Virus record (IMG/VR): IMGVR_UViG_3300030107_004408 | Location: 1 to 58,737 of that record | Length of the DNA stretch: 58,737 bases | From: a virus | Lineage: Duplodnaviria; Caudoviricetes | Direction: 5' to 3' (one strand) | Shown here: positions 7,642 to 17,522 of the stretch, one piece after another | Layout of the letters: every line of letters begins with the position of its first letter | Position numbering within the stretch: position 1 is the stretch's first letter | Made by a program: the position numbers and the translations under genes | The notes under the pieces: generated by a model | Told to the model about the DNA's origin: nothing | Database searches by the model: none | Seen by the model: only the letters and a program-made list of their open reading frames with translations

Positions 7642-9221
7642 TGGATTTCATTGACGTTAGCCTTACCATGTTCTCGGTGCCCGACTGGGCACACGAGGTG
7701 CCTGGGGTGTGGCCCTTCAAGAAAGGAAACGGCGCACGTGTGCCGATGAATGTCACCGGCCTGCTCGATCGTTCTCTTCCCTATGAAGATGGCGCAGACA
7801 TGTTGGCGGAAATATTGGATGGGCCCATGTACCACGAGTGGCTCGGCGAATATCTGATGCCACACCAGAAGAATATTTTAACCCGTGCCTTGCCGCGTAA
7901 GGGTTTTAATGCTTGGGCACCACCTGGGTCTGGTAAGACCTTATGCGGCTGTGTGTGGCTGGGCGCTGCGGGCCGAGGCCCAAAGGTGGTGATCACTAAG
8001 GCTGCGGCACGCGGCACATGGAAGGAGGAGATACGCAAGTACACTAACTATGTGCCTGTAGTTCTGAGTGGTCAGAAGTCACGCACCATCCCAGGGGAAC
8101 CAAACTGCGTCTACATCATCGGCTGGGAGACTCTGATCTGGTGGAAGGATGCCCTGGTTGAGCTTGGTATTCACTCCCTTGTTATGGATGAGATCCACTG
8201 GGCTAAGAACCCCAAGCGTGTGCGCGGTGTAGTCCAGAAAGACGGAACAACTGAGTGGGTTCCGCTGAAGAATGCATCGGCCGCAGCAGTGGAGGTTGCA
8301 AGGTCAGCTACCCGCAGGTTTGGTTTAACTGCGACACCCATACCCAACCGCCCAAAGGATCTATGGGCGCAGTTGGATTTAGTTGAGCCCTGGCAGTGGG
8401 GTACGTTCCACCAGTTTGGGGTACGCTATTGCGATGGGTTCAAGGATACTTATGGCTGGAAGTACGATGGGTTGAGTGGCCAGATAGAGTTGGGTGCAAG
8501 GCTTAAATGGTCTAAGCACAAGACTTCGCAGCGTGCCATTTCATCCACCCTACCTGCAAAGCGTAGGCAGATTGTGTATCTAGACAAGGATGAGCAGAAC
8601 GCTCCGTCTGGGTTTAAGAACGACATCCGTAGGGCAGGGAAGACTGGTGATAGGGAAGCTATGTTTGAGGTACTGCTCCAAGAAGCTGCCTCAAGGAAGA
8701 GGAAGTATGTAGTTAGCAGGGCAGTGGAAGCTGCTGCTTCAGGGCAGAAGGTCACCATCTTCACTGGACGAAGGAAGGATTGCGACAAGATCGGTGCGGC
8801 TGTTGCCAAGGCAACGAGTGTTCCGGTTTGGTGTGCCCATGGCGGCACATCTGCTGACCAGCGTGACGCCATACGTAAAGAGTATATGGAATCCAAGTCT
8901 GGGATACTCGTGGGTACCGGAGCTGCGTGGGGAGAAAGCGTCAACTTGCAGGACACCGACCTCGCGTTGTTCGTTATGCTCCCCTGGACCCCTCGTGAAG
9001 TTAGGCAGTGGGAAGGTAGATTCTCTAGGCTGGGACAGGCCAGACCAGTGTTGATTTCTTACGTCATAGCTAAGAACACAGTGGACGAGCATGTGTCTGA
9101 CTTGTTGATAGATAAACTACCAGCAGTAGGTAGCGTGGCAGAGGACGAGATACTAATGGAAGTGGAGGAAGCTTTCACTGAAACGCAGGAAGATTTACTT
9201 TCCAGAATAGCGGAAGTGTGA
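7641..9221 (+). CDS. SNF2-like SF2 helicase
   Basis: PGSGKT, DEIH, LTATP, GESVNLQ, QWEGRFSR. Confidence 0.85.
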   Translation: MDFIDVSLTMFSVPDWAHEVPGVWPFKKGNGARVPMNVTGLLDRSLPYEDGADMLAEILDGPMYHEWLGEYLMPHQKNILTRALPRKGFNAWAPPGSGKTLCGCVWLGAAGRGPKVVITKAAARGTWKEEIRKYTNYVPVVLSGQKSRTIPGEPNCVYIIGWETLIWWKDALVELGIHSLVMDEIHWAKNPKRVRGVVQKDGTTEWVPLKNASAAAVEVARSATRRFGLTATPIPNRPKDLWAQLDLVEPWQWGTFHQFGVRYCDGFKDTYGWKYDGLSGQIELGARLKWSKHKTSQRAISSTLPAKRRQIVYLDKDEQNAPSGFKNDIRRAGKTGDREAMFEVLLQEAASRKRKYVVSRAVEAAASGQKVTIFTGRRKDCDKIGAAVAKATSVPVWCAHGGTSADQRDAIRKEYMESKSGILVGTGAAWGESVNLQDTDLALFVMLPWTPREVRQWEGRFSRLGQARPVLISYVIAKNTVDEHVSDLLIDKLPAVGSVAEDEILMEVEEAFTETQEDLLSRIAEV

Positions 9222-10231
9222 CATTTGGTGACACCCCTCAACTCACCAGCAGGGTATACTCAAGTATGGAAACAGCGCAATGCGATGTGTGCTCATCAAC
9301 CTTTGCGGTTAATGAGATCTATAAAGATTCAGCAGGCAAGATGGCCTGTAGTGGTTGTAATGATTATCCACCGGTAGATCATGAGCCTTTACTATTAAAC
9401 GCCGGCCCGTCTGAGCGTGGCTGGCATCGCATGGAGCTAGCAGCACGTTGCTTGCGGCTCTATGCTTGGAACGAAGACGGTAAGACTCCGTTCCCAGTTT
9501 CGGAACCACTAGTAAAGGGCAGTCTACTTCACATAGGCTTGGCTCATTACTACATGCGCAAGAAGATGGAGCAGGACAACGATAACCCTAACAGGTATCT
9601 AGAGCCCGAAGCTGCTGTGGTAGCTTTGTCTAACCACGAGCAGTCCTTGACCGATGACCGCAACGCTAAGTCGCTGTGGAAAGCTAGCGTGGCTGTCGTG
9701 CTGGATGCAATGGAAGCTTACATCAACTTCCACAAGCATTGTTCTTGGCGGGTATTGGAAGTAGAGAAAGAAGTACGTGGAAAGCTAAAGCGCCCAGGTG
9801 GTGAACCGTTCTTATTTACGCAGCGCGTGGACCTCATCGTAGAAGATGTTCACAAGCGTGTGTGGTTTGTTGACCACAAGTCCTGCTACCGCATCAACTC
9901 CAAGACCATTCGCCAGCACATATTGTCTGGCCAGTTCCTTGGTTACCAGATGTTCGGTAGAGGCAAGTACGGTAAGAGGTTTGCCGGCGTTATAGTTAAT
10001 CGTGTAAAACTATCTACCCCCTATGGATTTGACCGCTCGGTGCTTGAGCCCGCACCTGATGCAGTGAAACGTTTCGCTAAGAACTTGGGGGAAGTGGAAG
10101 AGATGACAGAAAAGTATGCGGGAAGGCCGCCACAAGAATGGCCTGCTGCCTACAGCGATCAAGTTTGTTTCGGCAAGTACGGCAAGTGCGGTGCTTTTGA
10201 ACTATGCCAATGGGGTAAAGAAAATGAGTAA
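9218..10231 (+). CDS. PD-(D/E)XK (RecB/Cas4-like) exonuclease with N-terminal Zn ribbon
   Basis: CDVC/CSGC, GSLLH, RVDL...VDHKS, Q..GY, C-terminal Cys cluster; the start may be ATG 9266. Confidence 0.75.
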   Translation: MTFGDTPQLTSRVYSSMETAQCDVCSSTFAVNEIYKDSAGKMACSGCNDYPPVDHEPLLLNAGPSERGWHRMELAARCLRLYAWNEDGKTPFPVSEPLVKGSLLHIGLAHYYMRKKMEQDNDNPNRYLEPEAAVVALSNHEQSLTDDRNAKSLWKASVAVVLDAMEAYINFHKHCSWRVLEVEKEVRGKLKRPGGEPFLFTQRVDLIVEDVHKRVWFVDHKSCYRINSKTIRQHILSGQFLGYQMFGRGKYGKRFAGVIVNRVKLSTPYGFDRSVLEPAPDAVKRFAKNLGEVEEMTEKYAGRPPQEWPAAYSDQVCFGKYGKCGAFELCQWGKENE

Positions 10232-10457
10232 AAACTACGTTGCACCTGAAGAGTTCATCAAGATTTGGTGTACGTCTAAGAGCCTGGAAGAAGTCGCACA
10301 GCGAACTGGGCAGTGCCCTAAAACTTTGTCGGTGCGAGCTTCTCAGTACCGGCGAAAGGGAGTGGATCTACAGAAGTTCACACGAGGTGGCGGGCAGGCC
10401 CGCAACGATTGGAACCGTCTGGCTGCACTTGCCGAAGAGATGAAGGTAGCGAAGTGA
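10224..10457 (+). CDS. Small HTH-like protein
   Basis: SLEEVAQRTGQCPKTLSVRA; start overlaps the end of the upstream gene. Confidence 0.55.
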   Translation: MSKNYVAPEEFIKIWCTSKSLEEVAQRTGQCPKTLSVRASQYRRKGVDLQKFTRGGGQARNDWNRLAALAEEMKVAK

Positions 10458-11359
10458 AAGCACAACGTCTTAGTTCCGCTGGCATCTTTGCCGTTTTCTA
10501 TGGTCCGTCGAAGACAGGTAAGTCTACGGCAACCGGTGCGGCAGGTGCGTGCGGTTTATTCATCGCCCAGCCTGGCGGCTTGTTGCCTCTGAAGAACTTC
10601 TTGGGGTTGGATAACATTGAGTTCATGTGCCCGAAGGATGTGGAGGGAGCAGCAGAGCTGGTCGCCTCTTCCGCTGGCAAGCACCCCACGATCGTGGTTG
10701 ATGACTTTTCGTTACTTGTAGAACAGACGGTGCAGAAGTTAGAAACTAAGCATAGTTTTGGCGACATGTGGCGAGCACTTAGGCATCAGGTTTTGACGAT
10801 GAGAGAAGCAGCAAGAGCAGCGACAGCATCGGGTACTCACGTTATCTTTAACTGTCACGAAGTTCCCCCAAAGACTTCCTCTGGTAAGTATGTGCGTGGG
10901 GGTCCGAAGCTCCCAGGTCAGTTGCCTGAGCAGTTCGCAGCGTTTGCTGACATCGTAGCCCGTGTTGCTTTTGAAGAAACAGCAGCACCCTGGAAGTACG
11001 TCATCCGTACCGGGCCGTCACATGAGTATGTTTCTGGAGACAGGCTAGACGTGCTCCCTGACCCATCTCCCATGAACCTCGCTGAAGGTTTACGCGCAGC
11101 AGGTTACGAGATTCCAAGACCGAAGGTTGTCAGTTGGCACGAGAGTTGTGTCGAACAGTTAAGTAATAAGATTTTAGATTCAGGCATAGAAGGCTGGAGA
11201 GATATTTTGAAACCTGCTTCAACTAAGTTGTTGGAGAAACATTCACCCTCACATGTGCGCTGGGCATTGCAGGATGCCCTGCACCGTGCAGTCATCCAGA
11301 ACTCCCATAAGGAGAAGGTGACGCGCATGTTTGAGGAAGCAGACAATGATGCTTGGTAG
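10454..11359 (+). CDS. Sak4/AAA_24-like phage ATPase (recombinase)
   Basis: YGPSKTGKS, IVVDD, FNCH, GPKLPG; lies between the nuclease and SSB-like genes. Confidence 0.7.
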   Translation: MKAQRLSSAGIFAVFYGPSKTGKSTATGAAGACGLFIAQPGGLLPLKNFLGLDNIEFMCPKDVEGAAELVASSAGKHPTIVVDDFSLLVEQTVQKLETKHSFGDMWRALRHQVLTMREAARAATASGTHVIFNCHEVPPKTSSGKYVRGGPKLPGQLPEQFAAFADIVARVAFEETAAPWKYVIRTGPSHEYVSGDRLDVLPDPSPMNLAEGLRAAGYEIPRPKVVSWHESCVEQLSNKILDSGIEGWRDILKPASTKLLEKHSPSHVRWALQDALHRAVIQNSHKEKVTRMFEEADNDAW

Positions 11360-11470
11360 TTTTACAGACTGACTTTTTCTCTGTTGTGTCAGTTTGTCCC
11401 GCAGGAAGGCACGGGGTCATAGGTGCCTTACCCTAACCAACCCACAACCCAACTCCGAAGGAGATTTATC

Positions 11471-11962
11471 GTGGAAAACTTGAACCTGACTATTGATTTC
11501 ACTGGTGTTACACCTGCTACTGGAGGCATTGACGTTCTGCCTGCCGGTACGCATAGCGGGAAGATTCTGGAGTTCGCCCACTTCGATGATAGTAATCGTC
11601 TCTACGCTTACCTGTTGACCAACGGTATGCGTCACCGCGAATCGTTTAATCTCAGCAGCCCCGCTGGTGTTTCATTCCTCATGGCATTTATGCAGTCGGC
11701 TGGAGCCCCAGGTTCCATGTTCGGTGGCAAGAAGAAGGTGCCTTTCCATAAGTTCGCGGGACGTGAAGTTTACTTCAACTACACGCCGCCCACCGTGGAC
11801 GAGAATGGACGCCCCGTCAGCGGCTCGTACCCGAAGTACACGTTCTACACCAAGGACAGGTACGACATGATCAACAACGTGTCCAACGCTGTGGAAGAGG
11901 ACAAGCCCGAAGCAGCGGAAGGTAGCAGCTCAGAGGACTATGATTTTCTGCTCGATGATTGA
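11471..11962 (+). CDS. SSB-like protein (DUF669-like)
   Basis: IDFTGV..VLPAGTH N-terminus and acidic tail; GTG start after AAGGAG. Confidence 0.6.
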   Translation: MENLNLTIDFTGVTPATGGIDVLPAGTHSGKILEFAHFDDSNRLYAYLLTNGMRHRESFNLSSPAGVSFLMAFMQSAGAPGSMFGGKKKVPFHKFAGREVYFNYTPPTVDENGRPVSGSYPKYTFYTKDRYDMINNVSNAVEEDKPEAAEGSSSEDYDFLLDD

Positions 11963-11986
11963 GTAGGGAGGGAGTAGGGAACCGCT

Positions 11987-12017
11987 GGCAGACCGGTTTA
12001 TAGTCTGCCCCTTTTTT
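11987..12017 (+). terminator. Rho-independent terminator after the SSB-like gene
   Basis: GGCAGAC-loop-GTCTGCC followed by ccTTTTTT. Confidence 0.6.
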
Positions 12018-12032
12018 ACCATAGGGGAAGCC

Positions 12033-14540
12033 ATGAAAGCGTTGTGCCATCCGTGCCCACTGGGCAACTACTGGAAGGGTAAAGGCGAGTTCGCACCAGT
12101 TGTCGGAGAAGGGCCAACCTCCCCAAAGATAGTAATCCTCGGCGGGACTCCCGGTGCCCATGAGATGGTAGAGGGTCGACCGTTCGTCGGCCCTTCCGGC
12201 AGAGAGCTACAGGATGCCTTGGACCGGTTGGAGATCGGACGCTCTGACCTGCTGATTACAAACGTGGTGGCATGCCGGCCACCAGATGGCAAGCTTAGTA
12301 ACTATATGCTTAAGCTTTCTCGGCGCAACAAGAAGCTGGTTAGGGATAAGAAGCTAGCTGAACCGTCGCCGCATGAATGCTGTCGGCCCAGGTTGTTGGA
12401 CGAGCTTAGCTCTGCGGAGAAGATTATCTGCTTGGGCAGCACAGCAGCCGCAGCCATCCGAGGTGGAAACCCATCAATCATGGGCATACGAGGTGCGTGC
12501 GAGGAGCTGGAGTTCCAAGGCCGTAAGGTTAAGGTTGCTTACACAGTGCACCCAGATTTCGTGCAGACAGTGCCCAAGTGGCGGCCAGTATTCCAACGGG
12601 ACTTGGCAAAAGCCTTCAGGTTTTTTTCCAACGCGCTAACCTGGTCCGACCCAGACATTTATTTTGTGACAAATGGTGACCAGCTCCGGCGTTATTTTAA
12701 TCGGCTAATGGTGTCTGGCAAACCCATCGCGTATGACGTTGAGACTGACGCTAAGAACCCACTAGCGGCAGAGCTTAGATGCTTAGCGTTTGCGAATGAC
12801 GAGATCAGTGTTGTCGTGCCGCTGTTATCTATCGATGGAACAACACGCTTCTTCTCTGGGCAGGAGGAGCAGGATATATTGAAACAAGTTCAGGATTTTC
12901 TGAAGAAAGCACCGCTGGTTGGCCACAACGCAGGGCAGTATGACCGCTTAGTGTGCGAGCAAAAGCTAGGTGTAACGCCTAATCTCAGGGCAGATACACT
13001 CATCCTGCACCTGCTTACTGACAATGAGATGCCCCACAATCTGGGGTTTGTGACTAGTTTCTACACAGATTTCTCTGAAGCCTGGAAGGCAGACCATACT
13101 GCGGTTACTGCTCGGTCTGACGAAGAGCTACATACCTACTGCGCTAAGGATGCTTGCGCTACAGCGCACGTAAGTCGTACCTTAGCTGCCCATGTCAAGG
13201 AGCGTAACCAGTGGCACTTGCTGAGCACTGAGCACACGCTCCAACGTATCGGCTGCGGGATGCAGCGGCTGGGTCTGAAGGTTGATTTCGACAGAGTTAA
13301 TCAGCACGCGTCTGGGTTCGAGACTAGGCTTGCGGAAAACCGTAAGCGCTGCATGGAGATTGCACCTGACGGGTTCAACGCAAACAGCACGCTGCAGCTC
13401 CGCAGACTCATCTTTAATGAGTGGAACCTGCCTCCTGTTAAATACAACGAGAAGACAGGTGACCCGTCCACCGATGACGAGACGTTGAGAAAGCTCATCA
13501 CCAACTATGGGCTGGACGAAGAGAAGACTACATTTCTCCAGAGCGTTCGCCTCATCCGGCGCTACACGAAACTACTGAGTACTTACATCAACCCACTGCG
13601 CTCTGGGCTGGTGATGCCCGATGGGCGTGTCCACCCCGCCTACAACCGTTTACCTGCTACCGGTAGATACAGCAGCAGTGAGCCTAACGCTCAGAATATC
13701 CCGGCTTTCTTACGGGACATATTTGTGCCCGAGGAGGGGCACGTCTTTGTGGGCGCAGACTTCGATCAGCTAGAGCTACGTTTGATTGCGGAAGAAGCGA
13801 AAGCCATGCGCTTAGTCCAGGTAATCAACTCTGGGCTTGACCCGCACAACGAAACCATGGAAGCGGTTTACGGCAAGGGAATCTGGAAGCTGGATGGCGC
13901 ACCGGACGACCGCCGCAAGAAGGGCAAGGGTACGTTTAAGAAGACTCGCGGAATCACCAAGACCACTAGGTACGCTTGGCAATACGCGGCTGGCGTTCCG
14001 ACTGTACATGAAAAGGTCATATCAGTAGAGGATGATAGTGGCCAACTTATCTATGCTCACATGTCGCACAAGGATGTGCGGGACGTGATGAATGGCCTGA
14101 AGAAGGCTGACCCAGAGATACCAGCTTGGTGGAATGGTGTGCGGCACATTTACCGCAAGCAAGGTTTTGTGGCGGATTCTGTCTGGGGGCGTCGTAGGGA
14201 TTTCCGTGGCGAAGAAAAGCTTAACGAGATGGTGAACCACCCAATCCAGGCCGGGGGCGCAGCTATCGTACACGAGTCAATGCTTGAGCTGGTAACTGGA
14301 AAGCCAGGTAATGCTTCTGAGTCATGTCTCACAGACTTCACCCCTATACCTTTCGATTTTATTAACAGAACAGGTCTTGTCAATCAATGTCACGACTCCT
14401 TACTGTTTGAGGTTCCAGAGGATATAGGAGAAGAAGTGGCTGTTCGGGTTGAACAGGCCATGACCCGTCGTCGTCGTAAGGGAGCCCTGCTCTCATACAC
14501 AGCAGAAGCAGCTATCGCCCAAAACTGGTTGGAGGCATGA
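12033..14540 (+). CDS. polA: Family A DNA polymerase with N-terminal family-4 UDG domain and 3'-5' exonuclease
   Basis: UDG: CxxC, GRPFVG, TNVVACRPP, HP; exonuclease: YDVET, GHN..YD, YCAKD; polymerase: TGRYSS, ADFDQLELR, RxxxKxxxY, HDS. Confidence 0.93.
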   Translation: MKALCHPCPLGNYWKGKGEFAPVVGEGPTSPKIVILGGTPGAHEMVEGRPFVGPSGRELQDALDRLEIGRSDLLITNVVACRPPDGKLSNYMLKLSRRNKKLVRDKKLAEPSPHECCRPRLLDELSSAEKIICLGSTAAAAIRGGNPSIMGIRGACEELEFQGRKVKVAYTVHPDFVQTVPKWRPVFQRDLAKAFRFFSNALTWSDPDIYFVTNGDQLRRYFNRLMVSGKPIAYDVETDAKNPLAAELRCLAFANDEISVVVPLLSIDGTTRFFSGQEEQDILKQVQDFLKKAPLVGHNAGQYDRLVCEQKLGVTPNLRADTLILHLLTDNEMPHNLGFVTSFYTDFSEAWKADHTAVTARSDEELHTYCAKDACATAHVSRTLAAHVKERNQWHLLSTEHTLQRIGCGMQRLGLKVDFDRVNQHASGFETRLAENRKRCMEIAPDGFNANSTLQLRRLIFNEWNLPPVKYNEKTGDPSTDDETLRKLITNYGLDEEKTTFLQSVRLIRRYTKLLSTYINPLRSGLVMPDGRVHPAYNRLPATGRYSSSEPNAQNIPAFLRDIFVPEEGHVFVGADFDQLELRLIAEEAKAMRLVQVINSGLDPHNETMEAVYGKGIWKLDGAPDDRRKKGKGTFKKTRGITKTTRYAWQYAAGVPTVHEKVISVEDDSGQLIYAHMSHKDVRDVMNGLKKADPEIPAWWNGVRHIYRKQGFVADSVWGRRRDFRGEEKLNEMVNHPIQAGGAAIVHESMLELVTGKPGNASESCLTDFTPIPFDFINRTGLVNQCHDSLLFEVPEDIGEEVAVRVEQAMTRRRRKGALLSYTAEAAIAQNWLEA

Positions 14541-15007
14541 TGAGCAACAGAGTTAGAATATTCTTGGCGCACTCAATTCACGAATCGCCGATGAAAATAA
14601 AAGACATCGCCAAGGCTCTCCGGGATTCTTTTGAAAAGAAATACCTGAAAGCTACTGGCAACAGCCCAGCTATTTCGGTCACGTCTGGGCGGGCAGACCA
14701 CAAGATACATTGGAAGGGTTCTTGGGAAGACTGGGAGTTGTCCGTATTGAACCGCAAGAACGTGACCACCGGCAGCTTGGTTTACGACATGTTCGTGGCC
14801 ACTACTAAGAGCTGCGGCAAGTCCACTGCTACGATTTTGCGGGAAGCTGTACGTACAAACCGTCCGGTATTCCTGTGGGATGAGACTGTGGGTTGCAAGA
14901 AAGTAATCGGCATAGAAAGCCGAGATGAAGAGGATTGGGCAAATGGTTTCAGCGTGGTGCTGGAGCCAGAGCAGCTCTCTCTATTCAACACAACGGAGAC
15001 AACATGA
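14537..15007 (+). CDS. Hypothetical protein, possible NDT/TIR-like Rossmann fold
   Basis: IFLAHS first strand; YDMFVA; GKST...EA...RPVFLW. Confidence 0.45.
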   Translation: MMSNRVRIFLAHSIHESPMKIKDIAKALRDSFEKKYLKATGNSPAISVTSGRADHKIHWKGSWEDWELSVLNRKNVTTGSLVYDMFVATTKSCGKSTATILREAVRTNRPVFLWDETVGCKKVIGIESRDEEDWANGFSVVLEPEQLSLFNTTETT

Positions 15008-16242
15008 GAGTATCTACAAACATTAAGAGCCCAGATGGTAAGGCATACCAAGTAAACCTTGGGCAGAAAACCTTGTTGATTGGCCCGAATGAAAGCGGCA
15101 AATCTGCTGTAGCAGAGGCAGTCGAGCTTGCAATAACGGGCAACGTATCGAACTTGCTTATGCGGAAAAATCCTGTGAAGCAGTCATCTCAGCTCAACAT
15201 TCTCCAGCATCCGGATTCAGCGGAAGCTTTGTTTGCCCAGGTGGAGTTTGAAGACGGAGGGGTAGTACGCTGGCAAGGGAAGCAAAAGCTGGTAAGTGGC
15301 GATGCTGCCGACCTCGGGGCGTCTGTTGCTTTGATCGCAGAACTCCGTTCCGTGCTGTCTGGCAGCGCGAATACTGCGTATGAGTTCTTCTACAACAAAC
15401 TCGTCGGCGGTGATGCTGCTAAGGTCTGGAAAGACAAGGGCGCGGTGAAGAGGAGAATACGAGCCGAGTTGGGCCGGGTAGACCATCAGATAGAGACAGC
15501 CGGTAGCATTGAAAAAGAAGATTACCGCGAACTGCTTGAGCAGTTTATGAAAGCCCTGATGCTCTCTCATGTGAAGCGCAACAAAGAAAAGCTTGGAACA
15601 CCTGCTTCCAAAGAAGTACTGAAATCCCTCGGGCTTTTACATGAACTTGCCGCGCTTCCCGGTTCGGCTACTTTGTGGGACGAGCTAGAGGCACGCATAG
15701 CTTCTAATGCTATCTACATGCTTGTCATACAGTACGTAGAGGAATCAAAAGTCCTAAGTGAAGCTCTCTCTGCCGCGGCGGCAGAGGAGAAAGAAGCCCT
15801 TGCGGCCATGAAGCGTGAGGCTAACTTGGCTCTTGCTGATTACTGCAAGCTTGTGTCCAAGTATCTCCCACCAGGGGAGACGTTTGAGCTGACGGAAGCT
15901 AACAATATGCTGTTCATTGGATTGCGGCGAAAAGGCGCAACCCATAATGCACTCTCCGGTAGTACAGAAGCACGAGTTCTTGCGGCGATGGGTGCGGCGT
16001 TGTCCGATTGCGCACATTCCGTTGTGATAGTGGATGACCGTATGTGGGACAGTGGTACTATGGCGAGTACCATGAAAGCCCTGGAAAAAGCACCGTGTCA
16101 CGTTATCATGATGACTACTTCTAAGCCTCGTGGTAGAGCCCGAAAGGGTTGGACTTACGTGGATATGCAATCGGCACACGCCGAGGTTGAATCCAGTGAC
16201 GATAACGAGCTTGTGGTTGAGGTGGATTTCGGCAATGAGTGA
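15004..16242 (+). CDS. SMC/Rad50-like ABC ATPase with short coiled coil and degenerate motifs
   Basis: LIGPNESGKS, LSGS signature, VIVDD; start at ATG 15004 behind acaacGGAG. Confidence 0.7.
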   Translation: MRVSTNIKSPDGKAYQVNLGQKTLLIGPNESGKSAVAEAVELAITGNVSNLLMRKNPVKQSSQLNILQHPDSAEALFAQVEFEDGGVVRWQGKQKLVSGDAADLGASVALIAELRSVLSGSANTAYEFFYNKLVGGDAAKVWKDKGAVKRRIRAELGRVDHQIETAGSIEKEDYRELLEQFMKALMLSHVKRNKEKLGTPASKEVLKSLGLLHELAALPGSATLWDELEARIASNAIYMLVIQYVEESKVLSEALSAAAAEEKEALAAMKREANLALADYCKLVSKYLPPGETFELTEANNMLFIGLRRKGATHNALSGSTEARVLAAMGAALSDCAHSVVIVDDRMWDSGTMASTMKALEKAPCHVIMMTTSKPRGRARKGWTYVDMQSAHAEVESSDDNELVVEVDFGNE

Positions 16243-16492
16243 CGAGACTGTACTAGAAGAGATGCTGGAAAAACGTGTCCGTGAGATTGAGGCAGCTACT
16301 GGACTCTACGTAGCGGTCAGGGAAGACTTGGATTCTGAGGATGATTACTTGGCTGTGATGATGACGCCGGATAATAAGCCTGTAGCGGTAGTCAACATTA
16401 CTTGCGATATGATGGGAGATCTAGACCGGCTCATTGGGTCTTTCCTCCACAACGGGCACACTCGTGCTTGTCGAATGTCCTCCCCCAACTAA
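16235..16492 (+). CDS. Small acidic hypothetical protein
   Basis: ATG overlaps the end of the ATPase gene; last gene on the + strand. Confidence 0.55.
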   Translation: MSDETVLEEMLEKRVREIEAATGLYVAVREDLDSEDDYLAVMMTPDNKPVAVVNITCDMMGDLDRLIGSFLHNGHTRACRMSSPN

Positions 16493-16570
16493 ACAAACCT
16501 CTCCCTTTTACCTCTTTTAGGGAGAGGCTTTGTTGGCCCCCCGGCGTCACGGATAACGTCGGGGGGTTTC
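16493..16570. terminator. Paired hairpins between convergent transcription units
   Basis: CCTCTCCCT...AGGGAGAGG and CCCCCGGCGT...ACGTCGGGGG. Confidence 0.65.
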
Positions 16571-16906
16571 TTATAGGTCGCGCCTTCCAGCGAATCGAAC
16601 TACGTCATCTAGTTTTCGATCCATGTCTCTGAACATGCGGTCGCGTTCATTATTATATGTTTCGATCACGCGGTCGTATCGAGTGCGGATTTCATCTTCG
16701 CGCTCTTCGTATTTATTGACTAGGGCCACGAGTTGTTTTTCCCAACCCTTAATCATTTCCACGTTCCGCTGATCGTTCTCTTTGCGCTGCTTAGCCATCT
16801 GCTCAGCCTGAGCATCAAGCTTCTTTTCCATACGGATAGATTGCCAAATAAGCAAAGGTATAAGCCCGATAGCGTCGATGTGTTCCATTAGCATCGACGG
16901 GTCCAT
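16571..16906 (-). CDS. Putative holin-like protein (N-terminal hydrophobic segment + coiled coil)
   Basis: AIGLIPLLIW followed by heptads; lies in the lysis cluster. Confidence 0.45.
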   Translation of the reverse strand: MDPSMLMEHIDAIGLIPLLIWQSIRMEKKLDAQAEQMAKQRKENDQRNVEMIKGWEKQLVALVNKYEEREDEIRTRYDRVIETYNNERDRMFRDMDRKLDDVVRFAGRRDL

Positions 16907-16911
16907 CGGCT

Positions 16912-17166
16912 CTACTCCTCTTCGGGGTCGCCCTCTTCTTCGGGCTCATTGGGATCTTCAATGGGTGGAGCCATCATACCCGGTTTGCCCAGGGCTGGGG
17001 GGGCTTCTTCCTCGGCACTATCGGCCTCCTCTTCGGCAGGGAAGCAAACTTCTTCTACCGCCTGGAGGCGTTCGTCCATCTCCATGATTTGGCTTTCGCC
17101 AAACACAAAGGCCGCAAGCGCAGCGGTTCCTACAGCCACAAGCTTCTTACTAATATCGCTATCCAT
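16912..17166 (-). CDS. Small membrane-anchored protein
   Basis: LVAVGTAALAAFVF segment and acidic tail. Confidence 0.5.
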   Translation of the reverse strand: MDSDISKKLVAVGTAALAAFVFGESQIMEMDERLQAVEEVCFPAEEEADSAEEEAPPALGKPGMMAPPIEDPNEPEEEGDPEEE

Positions 17167-17522
17167 TACTTATCTCCAAGTAGGATTTCCAGTTCTTGTG
17201 CTGCTTTAACATAATCGGACGGTGGTAGGCCAGTAGCTGGTGATAGTGCCAGATCACATACAATATCAACCATTAGCCCAAGTACTGCTTTTTCCTGCGC
17301 TTCGTTGAGGACTGGCATGTCAATCTTAGCGTTCAGCAGGGCTACAACCCAATCTCTTTTGTCTTTGCCGCTTGCATCAGACAACAGGACTTCGGCTCTT
17401 CGACAGGCTGCCTTGATCAGCAGGCTCAAGTTGTTGATCCTACGCCTGCGGTTTTCTTTCCTCGCTGCCTTCTTCGCAGTAGACTTTCGTTTAGCGGGAG
17501 CCTTCTTCTTTGCTGCGGTCAT
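17166..17522 (-). CDS. Hypothetical protein with Lys/Ala-rich N-terminus
   Basis: ORF coupled to both neighbours. Confidence 0.55.
   Translation of the reverse strand: MTAAKKKAPAKRKSTAKKAARKENRRRRINNLSLLIKAACRRAEVLLSDASGKDKRDWVVALLNAKIDMPVLNEAQEKAVLGLMVDIVCDLALSPATGLPPSDYVKAAQELEILLGDK

Noticed and set aside
9255-9268. Leaderless promoter TATACT-5 nt-ATG
   Set aside because: A single instance with no properly spaced -35; the upstream GTG start coupled to the helicase stop is equally plausible.
9218-10231. Cas4 / CRISPR system
   Set aside because: No array or other cas genes were seen; the context is a nuclease-Sak4-SSB recombination module.
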